In this document: in pieces, positions 10,445-22,600 of the stretch
How positions within the stretch are numbered: the stretch's first letter is position 1
Layout of the letters: the number at the start of each line of letters is the position of its first letter
Assembly (NCBI GenBank): GCA_026770705.1
Contig: JANJGN010000342.1
Coordinates: 372,001-436,000 of the forward strand
Direction: 5' to 3'
DNA: 64,000 nucleotides
DNA from: Isurus oxyrinchus
Lineage: Eukaryota
The notes under the pieces: generated by a model
What the model saw: only the letters and a program-made list of their open reading frames with translations
Told to the model about the DNA's origin: nothing
Database searches by the model: none
Program-made: the position numbers and the translations under genes

Positions 10445-13400
10445 TATGATTCATTGCTGTAAAATAGGGGTTTCAGGGTTGTGACCCAGCGACAGTGAAG
10501 AAAGAACAATATATTTCCAAGCCAATGTGGTGTTTGGCCTTGAGGGGAACTTATAGGTCTTTCCATGGGTCTGTCACACTAGTTCCTCTAGGTGTTAGCA
10601 GTCAGGGGCTTGCACGGCACTGTCAAAGAACTGTTGGCGACTTGCCACAGTGCATTTCGTAGATGGTGCACACAGCTGTATTTGTGCAGTGGTGCTGGAG
10701 GGAATGGGTTTATAAATGCCGGATGGGATGGCCAATCAGGCGCAATGATTTTTCCTACATGGTGTCTTCCTTCTTCCGAATATAAGAACTAGCATTAGGA
10801 GAAGACAATGTGGTTCCTTGGGCCTGCTCGGGAAGTGTTTTGTTGGAAATTCCCTGACCCAGGCAAGCTGAGATATTCAATCACTTTCCTAAAAGTTGCA
10901 TGGACATTGTGTTCAGATTGTGGAGAAACATGAGGTGCGTCGCTCGCCATACAATGTGCTGCCTCTGACCTTTTCTAGATTCTTCATATATGTTGCTGGT
11001 TCAGTTAACTTAATTTACTGCTGTGGCCCCCACAATGTTGCTGGTGTTGGATTCTGCGATGGTAATGTCAATGAATGACAACGGGAGATGATTAGATTCT
11101 CTCTTGATGGAGATCGTCACTGCCTGGCACTTGTAACACGTTATGTCACTTTCCACTCATCAGCCAAAGGTTCAATATTGTCCAAATGTTTTGTTTTTTT
11201 TCTGCATGGAGGCATGAACTGCTTCAGTATCAGAGGAATAGTGAATGAAGCTGAAAATTGCACCAACATTCATGAACATCGCGACTTCTGACATGATTAT
11301 GGAAATAAGGTCATTGATGAAGTAGCTGAGGATGGCTGGGCCTAGGACACTTTCCTGAGGAAGTCCGAGAGTGATGCTCTGGTGTGGGGTGTTTGGCCTC
11401 CAGCAAAAGCAATCATTTACATTTGTGCTAGGTATGACTCCAATGAGTTTTCCCCTTGATTGCCATTGACTTCAATGTTGCTAATGATCCTTGGTGCCAC
11501 AATCTGTCAACTGCTACCTTGATGTCAAGGACATTCACTCTCATACTAGAAGTTTAGCTGTTTGCCTTTGTTCAAATCAACAACGTGATGTGGTCGGGAA
11601 CTGAAAGGCCCTTGTGAAACCTAAACTGGGCATTGTTGAGCAGCTTGTTGCTGATGAGCTGCTGTTTGATTGCTCCGTCAATGACACCTTCCATCAGGTT
11701 GCTGCTGGCTGAGAGTACAATGATTGAGGGTCAATGGGCCACATTGGGTCTGTTCAGCAATTTTTCACCATGTTACAGCTTGATCAGGCTGATGCCCCAT
11801 GTTTAGATCTTCTTGTTGCTGCACCTGGCCTGTTCCTCTAAATTCATCACTGAACAATCGTTGATCCCCTGGCTTCATCCTAATGGTAGAGTGAGGGTTA
11901 TACATCCCATGACGTGCATATTGTGGGGGGATGAGAATGTTGCTCAAGCTAACGGCCTCACTGATGCACGGTTTTAATTGCCAAATATTCTCCAAATCTA
12001 TCGCATTTAGCACGGTGATTATGCCACACAACATCGCGGTTCGTGCTCTCAGTCTGAAGATGGGTCTTTGTATCCAAAAGGAAAGTGCGGTGGACACTCC
12101 CATCAGTACTGACGTGGAGAGATGAATCTGTGCCAGGTAGAGTAATGAGCGCCATCCCAAGTAAATTTTCTCTTTGTGTTCTCTCAACACCTTCCAGGGG
12201 CACGGTCTGGTAGATATGTCCTTCGTGACTCGGCCAGCTCAGTCAGTATTGGTATCGAGCCATTCTTGCTGATGGGCATTGAAGTTCCATTTCCTTTTCT
12301 GCTCTCAGGGTTTCACCAGAATTGTGTTCAACGTGGAGACGCGCTGATTCATTAGTTGAGGTAGGGGAATAACTCGAATTAGAAAGGAGATTTTCCACTG
12401 TTGCCTTCTCTGATGCCAGGAAAATTCATGACTCCTGGAGTCAATCTTGAGGACCCCCAGGGGCACTCGTTCCCGACTAATATCCCGCCATCACTGGTGG
12501 GTCAATCAGGCGTGGGGATATTGATTGGAAGGTATAAACATTGAGCATGACTATGTCAGGCGGGTGTTTAGTTTTTAAGGTCTAATACAGGTAGGAATTA
12601 CACAGTAAATGGCAGAACCCTTCAGTGCATCGACAGGCAGAGGGATCTGGGTGTACAGGTGCACAGGTCACTGAAAGTGGCAACGCAGGTGGATAAGATA
12701 GTCAGGAAGGCATATGGCAAGCTTGCCTTCATTGGCAGCGGTATTAAGTATAAAAGCTGGGAATTCATGCTGCAGCTGTATAGAACCTTGGTTAGACTAC
12801 ACTTGGAATATTGCGTGCAATTCTGGTCGCCACATTACCAGAAGGATATGGAGGCATTGGAGAGGGTGCAGAGGAGGTTTACCAGGATGCTGCCTGGTCT
12901 GAAGGTTATTAGGTATGAGGAGAGGTTGGAGAAACTCGGATTGTTCTGACTGGAGGGACTGAGATTGAGGGGCGGCTTGATAGAAGTTTACAAAATTATG
13001 AGTGACATGGACAGAGTAAATAGTCAGAAGCTTTTTCCCAGGGTGGGAGATTCAATTACTAGGGGACATAGATTGAAGGTGAGAGGAGAAAAACTATAGA
13101 GATGTGCAGGGCAAGTTTTTTACGCAGAGGGTAGTGAGTGTCTGGAATTCGCTGCCAGAGGAGGTGGTGGAAGCAGGTACGATAGTGGTGTTTAAGAGGC
13201 AGCTTGACAAATACATGAATAGGATGGGAATAGAGGGATACGGACCCCGGAAGTGCAATATGTTTTATTGACGGGCAATATGATCGGTGCAGGCTTGGTG
13301 GGCCGAAGGGCCTGTTCCTGTGCTGTACTTTTCTTTGTTCTTTTGTTGTTCTTCTTGTGTTTCCGCTAGCCTGCGTTCCGTGTTTCTCAGCTGTGGGAGA

Positions 13401-13600
13401 TGTCCACAGGAGATCGTTCAGAGAATTTTATACAGTTAATTAGACTGCCTGTGTCTTTGCCTGTGCCTCGGTTGATGCCGTCTGGCTTTACTGACTGTGC
13501 TCAGGTTGATGATTCTCGTGGCCGTTTAATAAAAATGACTGCACACTGAGAATGTTTAGAGGGAGATTCAAAGTTAACCACCTTGCTCTTCATCTGGAGT
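10445..13600 (-). mobile_element. Family A LINE, long decayed copy, interrupted by a CR1 at 12570-13345
   Basis: Reverse complement of the RT region and tail shared with the 48020-49650 and 55885-56880 copies. Confidence 0.75.
12570..13345 (+). mobile_element. 5'-truncated CR1 LINE, best-preserved copy, with 3' tail
   Basis: ORF GIKYKSWEFMLQLYRTLVRLHLEYCVQFWSPHYQKDMEALERVQRRFTRMLPGL; ends gggccgaagggcctgttcctgtgctgtact plus a TTCTTTG-type tail. Confidence 0.93.
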
Positions 13601-13849
13601 CCCTTTGGGAAAAAAAACATGTGAGGTGGTGGGGGGGGGGGGGTGGTGGGGGGGGGTGGGAATGTATTTCCGAAACGTACCTTTATATGTCAGCTGTGTT
13701 TTGATGAGTCTGGGAGATGCACGTTTCCCATTACTGATATTGAGGGCACTTTTAATAGTTCAGATGTACAAAATTAACTACGTTTAAATTCCAAAAAGCT
13801 TTGTTGAAATTTGACCTCATATAATATCTGTTTGTGTTACATAAGGCGG

Positions 13850-14050
13850 TTTCTCAGTTATTGATGCGCTATACTGTTTATGTTTATATTTCATAGAACT
13901 TGTCCCTGTTTTTAATGTACTGGACCATGTTTAAGTTTATTTTAACCAGGCTCTGTTTCAGTTATTACTGCACTGGAGCAACTTACCATTTAAATTATAC
14001 CAGGCCCTATCTCTGGTTACATTACACTGGACTCTAACTCAGGCACGACC
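13850..14050 (+). repeat. 27-bp minisatellite family remnant
   Basis: ttcagttattactgcactgg, accaggccctatctctggttacattacactgg. Confidence 0.55.
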
Positions 14051-14209
14051 TGGCTGTAGCTCTGCCACAGATTCACAGAATCACAGTGCAGAAGAGGCCC
14101 TTCGGCCCATCGAGTCTGCACCGGCACGTGAGAAACACCTGACCTACCTACCTAATCCTACTTACCAGCACTTGGCCCATAGCGTTGAAAGTTATGACGT
14201 CCCAAGTAC

Positions 14210-14900
14210 TCATCACTAGCCCAGAGGCCCAGGCTCATCTTCTGGGGACATGGATTCAAATCCCACCACAGCAGCTGGCGGAATTTAAATGCGATTGAGA
14301 CAAGAGCCGTTTGGAAGCTGGGAATTCTGCAAATACCTGTCCACAAACTACAAGGCACATGTCAGGAGTGTGGTGGAATATTCCCCAATTCTCCGGGCAA
14401 CAAGGGCAGCAGAAGCACAGTAACAACAATGGAAAGTCCCTGTTTCTTCACTATTCTTGGGTCCAAATCATACAACTCCCTTCCTAGAAGCACTGTGGGT
14501 GTCCCTACAGCACGTGGACCGCAGCAGTACAAGAGGTTTGCTCACTAACACCCTCTCAAGGGCAATTGTGTTTGGCTATTGAATGTTGGTTCAGCTGGAA
14601 ACGCACAAATCCCATGAATGAATAAAAAAATGGAAATGGAACTGGATCGTTACAATTTTCATTGCTATAAACGCATCTGGTTCACTAATGAACATTCGGT
14701 GAAGTAAATATGCATCCTTCCCCAGTCTGGCCTAAATGTGACTCCAGGCCCACAGCACGTGGTTCACTCCTAACTATCCTCCGACTCTGAAAATGTCTAG
14801 CCAGATATTCAGTTCCAGGACAGCGGAGCATGGGGGGAAATGCTGGCCGTGTCAGAGACGCTCACATCTCCTGGATGAATAGAGAAAAATAAATACTTCA
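14210..14900 (+). mobile_element. tRNA-derived SINE split by a family A LINE 3' fragment (14330-14635)
   Basis: B-box-like ggattcaaatccc at ~14252; body catctggttcactaatg...gtgactccagg; the inserted fragment ends cccatgaatgaataaaaaaa. Confidence 0.65.
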
Positions 14901-15924
14901 GCCTAGTGAATGATTAAAAACAACATTTGTTAAAGTACTCCCTACTGTGTTTCCATGTATATTGTACATAATTATTCCAGGAACTCTGTTTTATAAAGCA
15001 TTTGAAGGTCGCAGAGAGGATGAAGAGGAGATTGATCCGAATGTTAATAGACCTTGAAGATCTTGAATCGTTTTCCTTAGAATAGAAGATGTTAAGAGGG
15101 GCTTTGATCGAGGTATTTAAGACCATGAAAGGTGTTGATACGTAATGACTGGGTCATGCCTTCCTTTAAATTACACAGGACTCTGTCTCAGATCGCAGTG
15201 CAAAAGACCTAGTCTCAATTCATGTTTTACACTAGGCCCTGTTGGAGTAAGTAATTGAACTGATGCATACATCTCTTCACATTATACAAGACTATCTCCC
15301 TGTTTGTATCATACGAGCCACCGAAAAGGTTATTTAGCATTAAACTGTCTATATTACGCTAGATGTTGTGTATCTCAGTCTCTCTATCTGTCAACCCATC
15401 TAGCTGTGTACCTGTCTGTTTGGCGGTCAGTCTATCTATCTATATTTCGAACCATCCATCCAGCAATTTCAGATCATCTATTATCGTTAACATTTCTTGA
15501 TGCTGACGTCTTTTTCGAGCTCTTGTGTGGAAAATGCCTATTTAGATTCCAAAGTGAGTTTAGCTGCGCTCAGAATTCAGTTTGAAAGTGGATTAAATCA
15601 CATGGTGAATAAAGGACATCTACCCACCATTCTCTCTGTTTGTTGACAAGTGATCATTTGTGCGTCACTGGAGTGTGTGATGATCTGTGCAAGAGGCGGT
15701 GAAAATGCAACTGTACCTCTACCTGACGTGAGCATAATAAATCTGTAATTCTCTCACTTGGAATGGAATGTAACACTTTCCACTCTCAATGAAATTCAAT
15801 TAAAAAAAATGTTTCTGTTTCCATTGTTTTGTGCTGCGCGTTAACTTCACTATTTCCTCACCAGTTTCCAATACGTTTGCCATGATACAATTCAATGTTT
15901 ACTGGCGTGGGTAAAGTGTTAGCT

Positions 15925-16420
15925 TAACAGAAACATGGTATAGGGCAGTAATAACTGAGAAAGGGCCCACTGTAAAATATAAAGAGATATATTTTCCAGT
16001 GCAATTTTAACAGAAACAATAATGTAAAACATTATAAATGGAGACAGGTTCCAGTGCAGTAACAACAGAGACAGGATCCAGGGTAATATTAACACATACA
16101 TGTTCTAGTATAGTAATAACTGAGACGTGGTCGAGTGCAACATATAGAGACACGGTGTATGGTTCACTAATAACTGAAACAGAGCGTTATATAATATAAA
16201 TAGCAAAATGCTCTAATGTAATAATAACTGATTCGGGGGCCGGCCTGAAACAGAGGCTTGATTAGCACAGAGTTAATTGTGTCAGAGCCTAGTGTAATAA
16301 AAATACAAATACCAGATTATGCATCCATAAATTTCACAGGTTTCAGCAAAACTAAAACTGTGACTTGAACTCAAAGAGTAATAATTGAGGCAGGATCTGG
16401 TGTAATATAAAGGGAACCAG
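15925..16420 (-). repeat. 27-bp minisatellite family, antisense
   Basis: Recurring taataactgag..agggcc..gtg motifs, the reverse complement of the monomer. Confidence 0.7.
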
Positions 16421-16959
16421 TTGCTAGCGAAACATTTCTCCTCATCGCCCTTTTACAAATCTGCCAATATATATATTTTTCTTGAAGCTATGATCACTGG
16501 ATATTGACACAATGAACAGAAGGAATTGGTGTTCTCTGCTAATTCTCTCAAAACTTCTCATCAACTTGGAAAAAGCGTTTAGGTTTCTGCTTAATCTTCT
16601 TTATCACAAGCAGAATGCTGCCAATTTGTCCAATTTATTGTTGTTACTAAAGACCCTGATCCTTGTTAACAAACTGGTTACCTTCCTCTGTATACTTTGA
16701 GACCTCAACACACTTCATAGCATCTGAAACTCTTAGATTTGTGCCGCACAGAAATAGGCCATTGCGCACCCCCTAACCATAATGGCCTGAAATGATCTAT
16801 CAAGTCATAGCCCACTTCCTAGCTTTGTGCCAGGGCCCTTGGGGCTACAGTACTTCAAGTGAACATCCAAATATATTTTGACATGTGTTGAGGGATTCGG
16901 TCTAGAACACCATTTCATGCAGTGAGTCCAACACCATTAGACACTCCTAAGGATAGACA

Positions 16960-17240
16960 CGGGACAGTTCAGATGCAGAGTAAAGCTACCTCTACATTGG
17001 TAAATTCCGGGGTGAGGCAGAGTAAAGGTCTCTCTAAACTACCCCACCAAACATTCTCAGGACATGTATAGCGCTGGATAGACAAAGGTCCCTCTACATG
17101 ATTCGATCGAATGCTCCCAAGAGCAGTATCAGATGCAGAAAAAAGATCCCTCTACAATTTCCCATATACCATTCACAGGAAGGCATAGGAATGTTAATTT
17201 GCAGAGGAGTGCTCCCTATAGATTGTCCCATTAAATACTC
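16960..17240 (+). repeat. Degenerate ~45-65-bp tandem repeat (gatgcagagtaaagctccctctaca type), about 5 copies
   Basis: Motif at ~16971, 17014, 17077, 17132, 17198. Confidence 0.7.
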
Positions 17241-18234
17241 CCATGTTGTTGAGTGAACCAGAAACATTTTAGAGTTAAGTTCCTTCTGCGAACAGCCATC
17301 TATTTCGTTAAAAGTCAAAGAATAGGGGTGAGATTAATCTTTGGTAAGATACTGACTTCACGTTATGAGTTACAGACGCTGACAGATTAATGAGAGGCCA
17401 GACACGCCCGGGATAGGGGAGAAAGGGAGACTGAGCGGAATAGAATGCAGGAAACTCCGCAAACACATTTTCAATGCTTCTGTATACCGGATCAAAGGAC
17501 GCTTCGCCAGTTTTGAACACAAAAAACATCTTTATGTTGTTATCTCATAACTTATAGAAATCTTCCAAATATCAATCATTATGGAATCCTTTGTGTGATT
17601 TGCATTTCTCTCTGTTGTTATTTCTATGTTCTGTTGGTGGGGAAACATCTATTGTATTTCCGACGCTCAATGTTCTATTCTGAGGTGTCGATTTCTGTGT
17701 TTATTTACATAACCGCCTCACTAGTTGCAAAGTGGTGTTCATGGCAGCAGAATCAGATCAACAGTCACTTAATGATTATGTTCAGCTCAAAACAAGTTTA
17801 TTTTAAGAATATTCACAGATGGTATAAGAATTGAACACAATTTTCAGAAAACCAATTGGTACAGATGTTACTTATTTTAAACAATAGAAGCCATTAAATT
17901 TAAGAAAAAATGTTTCTGGAAATTCTGCTGCTTAAATCAATTAAACATTTCTGAGCAGCCTAATATTATACTGAATATCGATTGGTGAAAGGATTAACCC
18001 CTTTCACATAAACATGTTTAAATAATGAACAGAGAAATGACCTTTAATCACATTCTTCTCAGACTTTCTAACACATAACCATATATGTTTTGACATGTTC
18101 ACTTTTAGTAAAAACTCGGTGTTTATACAGCACATTTCACCATCTCAGGAGGTCCCAAATCACATATCTCATTAACCTCATTGATGTAACTTATTTCGAA
18201 TTATAATCTCTTGTGTCATGTTAGAACTACAGGA

Positions 18235-18480
18235 GGCAATTTGTGCACAGGAAGCTCCCACCAACAGAGATGTAATAAAAGCCCAGATCACCTGTTTATT
18301 AGTGATGTTAGTTGCGCATTAGGTATTGGTCTAGGATACCCCTAGTGTAAAATAGTGTCAGCGGAGAATGATGCTGAGTATTTCCAGATTTTGTGGCCTT
18401 ATTTTACATTGAGAGCATCCGTAATAGTTTACAAAGCTTTGACCGTTGTTTATATTTGTTCTTTTGTTGTGAACGTCGAA
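18235..18480 (-). mobile_element. Decayed Deu-domain SINE
   Basis: gtgcacaggaagctcccaccaacag...ccagatcacctgtttattagtgatgttagttg is the reverse complement of the Deu domain. Confidence 0.7.
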
Positions 18481-18654
18481 AGCAACGCCAGCCTTAACTG
18501 TCCATCCACAAGTACCCTTGAGAAGGTGGCGGGGAGCCGACATCTTGAACAGCTGACGTTTGTGCCGTGCGCCTCTTATTTGACTTTCCAAGAAGTGCTT
18601 TGACCCAACTAAATGGCCTTCTGGACCATTCCAAGGGCGTTAAGATTCAACCAA

Positions 18655-18900
18655 GTTGTTGTGGGGCTGCAGCCTTGCGTCGGCCAGGCTGGTAAGAGTT
18701 CGTCTCCGAATCACATCAGTGAACCAGCTGCAACTTCATGACAATTAGGTTCGATTCTTAATGCAATGAGTAATTTTATTCCAGTTTCGGTTTTAATGAA
18801 TTAAATGAATGGAAATCCCGCCAGCTGCCGTCGTGGGTTTTAAATCATGTCTCTGAAGCATTTCTGATCTTCTCTGTATTACCAGCCCAGTGAATTACCT
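18655..18900 (-). mobile_element. tRNA-derived SINE
   Basis: Reverse complement of the 14210 and 50175 family (cacatcagtgaaccag..., aaatcccgccagctgccg...). Confidence 0.65.
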
Positions 18901-18984
18901 CGATCCCTAAGACTGAGATGACATTACCATCGCCACATCTGAATGATCATTCCACTGACCATGCTTCAAACCTGCAGTTGTGGC

Positions 18985-19085
18985 TCTGCATAAATTCATA
19001 TGGAATCGAAACGTTAACTCTGTTTCTCTCTCCTCAGACCCTGCCAGGCCTGCTGCGTCTTTACAGCACTTTTTGTTTTTAGTTC
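18985..19085 (+). mobile_element. Penelope-like terminal repeat remnant with decayed hammerhead core
   Basis: ...catatggaatcGAAACgttaactctgtttctctctcctcagaccctgccaggcctgctg resembles the 22235 element family. Confidence 0.55.
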
Positions 19086-19699
19086 AGTAGTGGTTACCGT
19101 CCATGTAGGAGAGCCACTAAAGCAAGGCACTGGACATGTTGCAATTGCTATTTTGAAATTATAGCATTTGGTTCTATGTATATAAAGTTCAGGAGCAGGC
19201 TCCAGTCTTACACACATCAATTTAGTTGTAAGGGATCCGTTGCCTTGTAGCCCGGTATCTTAGCCTGACCCTGTTGTAACAGTGCACTTTATTTCCATTG
19301 GCCCCATATAACAGTGTCAACGATTGTTAAATGCCAATTTCGAAGTAACAAGACAGAGGATTTCCTGGAACTTAAGTTTGCACTGCCCAACTCTCTGCAC
19401 AACAAAAAACTGGGATTGCTCTCCTCATCAACGAGAATCTTAGGATAGGTTTATCAGAAATGGTCCAATGTGTGAGGGATGTTTTTGAATATTTAGGGAG
19501 AAGCTGTTCCACTGGCAAATGGATCAGTGATGCTGGGGCTTATGTCAATTCGATATTAATACACTTATTATATTGCGCTATAAGATGTTTCTAATGATGT
19601 AACACTAAACCCTATCTCTCTGTATATTACACTAGTTTATGTATTAATTATAACTGCATTACTCTCTGTCCCTCTCAATACTCCACAAAGAGCTGCATC

Positions 19700-22600
19700 A
19701 ATTGCTTCCACACGAGATTTATCCCTGGTTGACTTAGACTCGGTGCTGTGTCAGAGATTATTGCTTTATGCCCTGCTTCAGTTTTACTAAATTGGGCCCA
19801 GTAGCAGTAATCCTGTTCTGTAACAGTTGATATTAATCTAGGCCGTTTACCAGTAATTACTGCACTAGACCCTCCGTCTCTTTATATGAATACAGACTTT
19901 GTATCAGTAATCACTGTAATAAACCCTGCCTAAGTGGATATTATCAATATCTTGTATCAGTAACCACTGAAAGAGACCCTGTCTCAGTTTATATTAATAC
20001 AAACCCTGTATTAGCAATCACTGTAAGAGACCCTGTCTCAGTTGATAGTAATCAATACCTTGTATCAGTAATCCCTGTAAAAACCCTGACACACTTTATA
20101 TCAATATAGACCTTGTCTTGTCAATCACTGGTATAGACCCTGTCTCAGTTAATATCAGCCCAGACCATGTATTGGTAATCAATGTAATAGACCCTGTCTC
20201 AGTTTATGTTAATCAATACCATGCATCAGTAATCACTTTAATACAACCAGTCTCAGTTTATATTAATCCATGCATTGTATCAACATTCACTGTAAAAACC
20301 CTTTCTAGGTTTATATAAATACAGACATTGTATTGGTGAATGCTATAATAGAGCCTGTCTCAAATTATATTAACCAATAACCTATTTCAGTATTCACTGT
20401 AATACAGATTGCCTCAGTTTATATTAATCCATGTTTTGTATCAGTAAGCACTGAAAGAGACCGTCTCAGTTTATATTATACAAACCTTGTATTAGTAATC
20501 ACTGTAAGAGACCCTGTCTCAGTTGATAGTAATCAATACCTTGTATCATTAATCCCTGTAAACACCCTGGCACTCGTTATATCAATATAGACCATGTATT
20601 GGTAATCACTGTAATAGAACCTGTCTCAGTTTATGTTAATCTATGCCTTGTATCAATAACCACTGCAAAATACCCTTTCTCAATTTATATAAATACAGAT
20701 ATTTTATTGGTAATTTCTGTAATAGAGGCTGTCTCAGTTTATAATAACCCATAACCTGTTTCAGTATTCACTATAATACATACTGTCTCCGTTTATATTA
20801 ACCAATGTCTTATAACAGTAAGCACTGAAAGAGACCCTGTCTCAGTTTTTATTAATACAAACCTTGTATTAGTAATCACCATAAGAGACCCTGCCTCAGT
20901 TGATAGTAATCAATACCTTGTATCAGTAATCCCTGTAACAACCCTGACACACTTTATATCAATATAGACCTTGTCTTGTTAATCACTGGAATAGACCCTG
21001 TCTCAGTTAATATCAGCCCAGACCATGTATTGGTTATCACTGTAATAGACCCTGTCTCAATTTATGTTAATCAATACCATGTATCAGCAATCACTATAAT
21101 AGACCCAGTCTCAGTTTATATTAATCCATGCCTTGAATCAATAATCACTGCAAAATACCCTTTCTCAGTTTATATATTCACAGATATTGTATTGGTGAAT
21201 GCTGTAATAGAGCCTGTCTCAGTTTATATTAACCCATAACCTGTATCAGTATTCACAGTAATACACACTGTCTCCATTTATATTAATCCATGCCTTGTAT
21301 CAGTATTCACTTGAACTGACACTGTCGCTGTTTATATTAATGCAGATATTGTACTGGTAATCACTTCAATAGGCCTTGTCTCAGTTTATAATAACCTGCA
21401 ACATGTATCAGTAATCATTGTAATAGACTCTGTGTAAGCTTAAATTAATTGACACCATTTATCAGTAATCACTGTAACTGAGCCTGTCTCAGTTTATATT
21501 AATCTAGGCCCTGTATCATTAATTAATGTAATTGACCCATTCTCAGTGTATATTAATGCAGGCCTTATGTCGGTAACCACATTAATTGATCCTTTCCAGT
21601 TTATCTTAATCCATACCATGTATCAGTAATCACTGTACTAGACCCAGTCTCAGTTTATATTAATCCAGAACTGTATCAGTAATTATTGTACTAGACCCAG
21701 TCTCAGTTTATATTAATCCAGAACCTGTATCAGTGATCATTGTACTGTACCGAGTTTCAGATTATATCAATACAGACCCTCTGGCAGTATTCACTATAAA
21801 ACATGCTGTCTCAGTTTACACCAGTCCAGACCTTGCATCATTAACACTGTAACAGAACCTGTCTCAGTTTATATTAATCTAGACCCTGTATCAGTAATCA
21901 CTGTGATAGACCCTGCATCAGTTGCTATTAATCCATATGTTGCATCAGTAACCACTGAAAGAGACCTTGCCTCACTTGATATTAATCCATACATTTTATC
22001 AGCAATCACTGAAAGTGATTCTGCCTTAACTTATATTAACACAGACCTTGTATCAGTGTTCAATGTAATGGACCCTGTCTCAGTGTGTATTAACCTGGGC
22101 CCTGCATCAGAAATTACTGTACTACACCCAGTATCAGATTATATCAATTCAGACCCTGTATCAGTAGTCGCAGTAATACACCCTGTCTCAATTTAGACCA
22201 GCCCAGACCTTGTATCAGTAAGCACTGTAATAGATAAAAACAAAAAACTGCGGATGCTGGAAATCCAAAACAAAAACAGAATTACCTAGAAAAACTCAGC
22301 AGGTCTGGCAGCATCGGCAGAGAAGAAAAGCGTTGATGTTTCGAGTCCTCATGGAAAGATGATCCTAGGATTCGCCCAGTTCTGTTGAAGGGTCATGAGG
22401 ACTCGAAGTGTCAACTCTTTTCTTCTCCGCCGATGTTGCCAGACCTGCTGAGTTTTTTCACTGTAATAGACTCTGTCTCATATTATATTAACCCATGCCT
22501 TGTATCAGTAACCACTGTAATGGAACCTGCCTCAATTGATATTAATCCATACCTTGTATCAGTAAACACTGAAAGAGACCCTGCCTCAGTTTATATTAAT

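Noticed and set aside
13625-13660. Long G tract, potential G-quadruplex or switch-like sequence
   Set aside because: An isolated homopolymer between LINE remnants, with no repeats or functional context.
17280-18200. Possible second decayed V plus upstream block (SVTH start; weak similarity of 17858-17900 to 3455-3500)
   Set aside because: No Cys/Trp register or RSS, and the nucleotide similarity is short and AT-rich.
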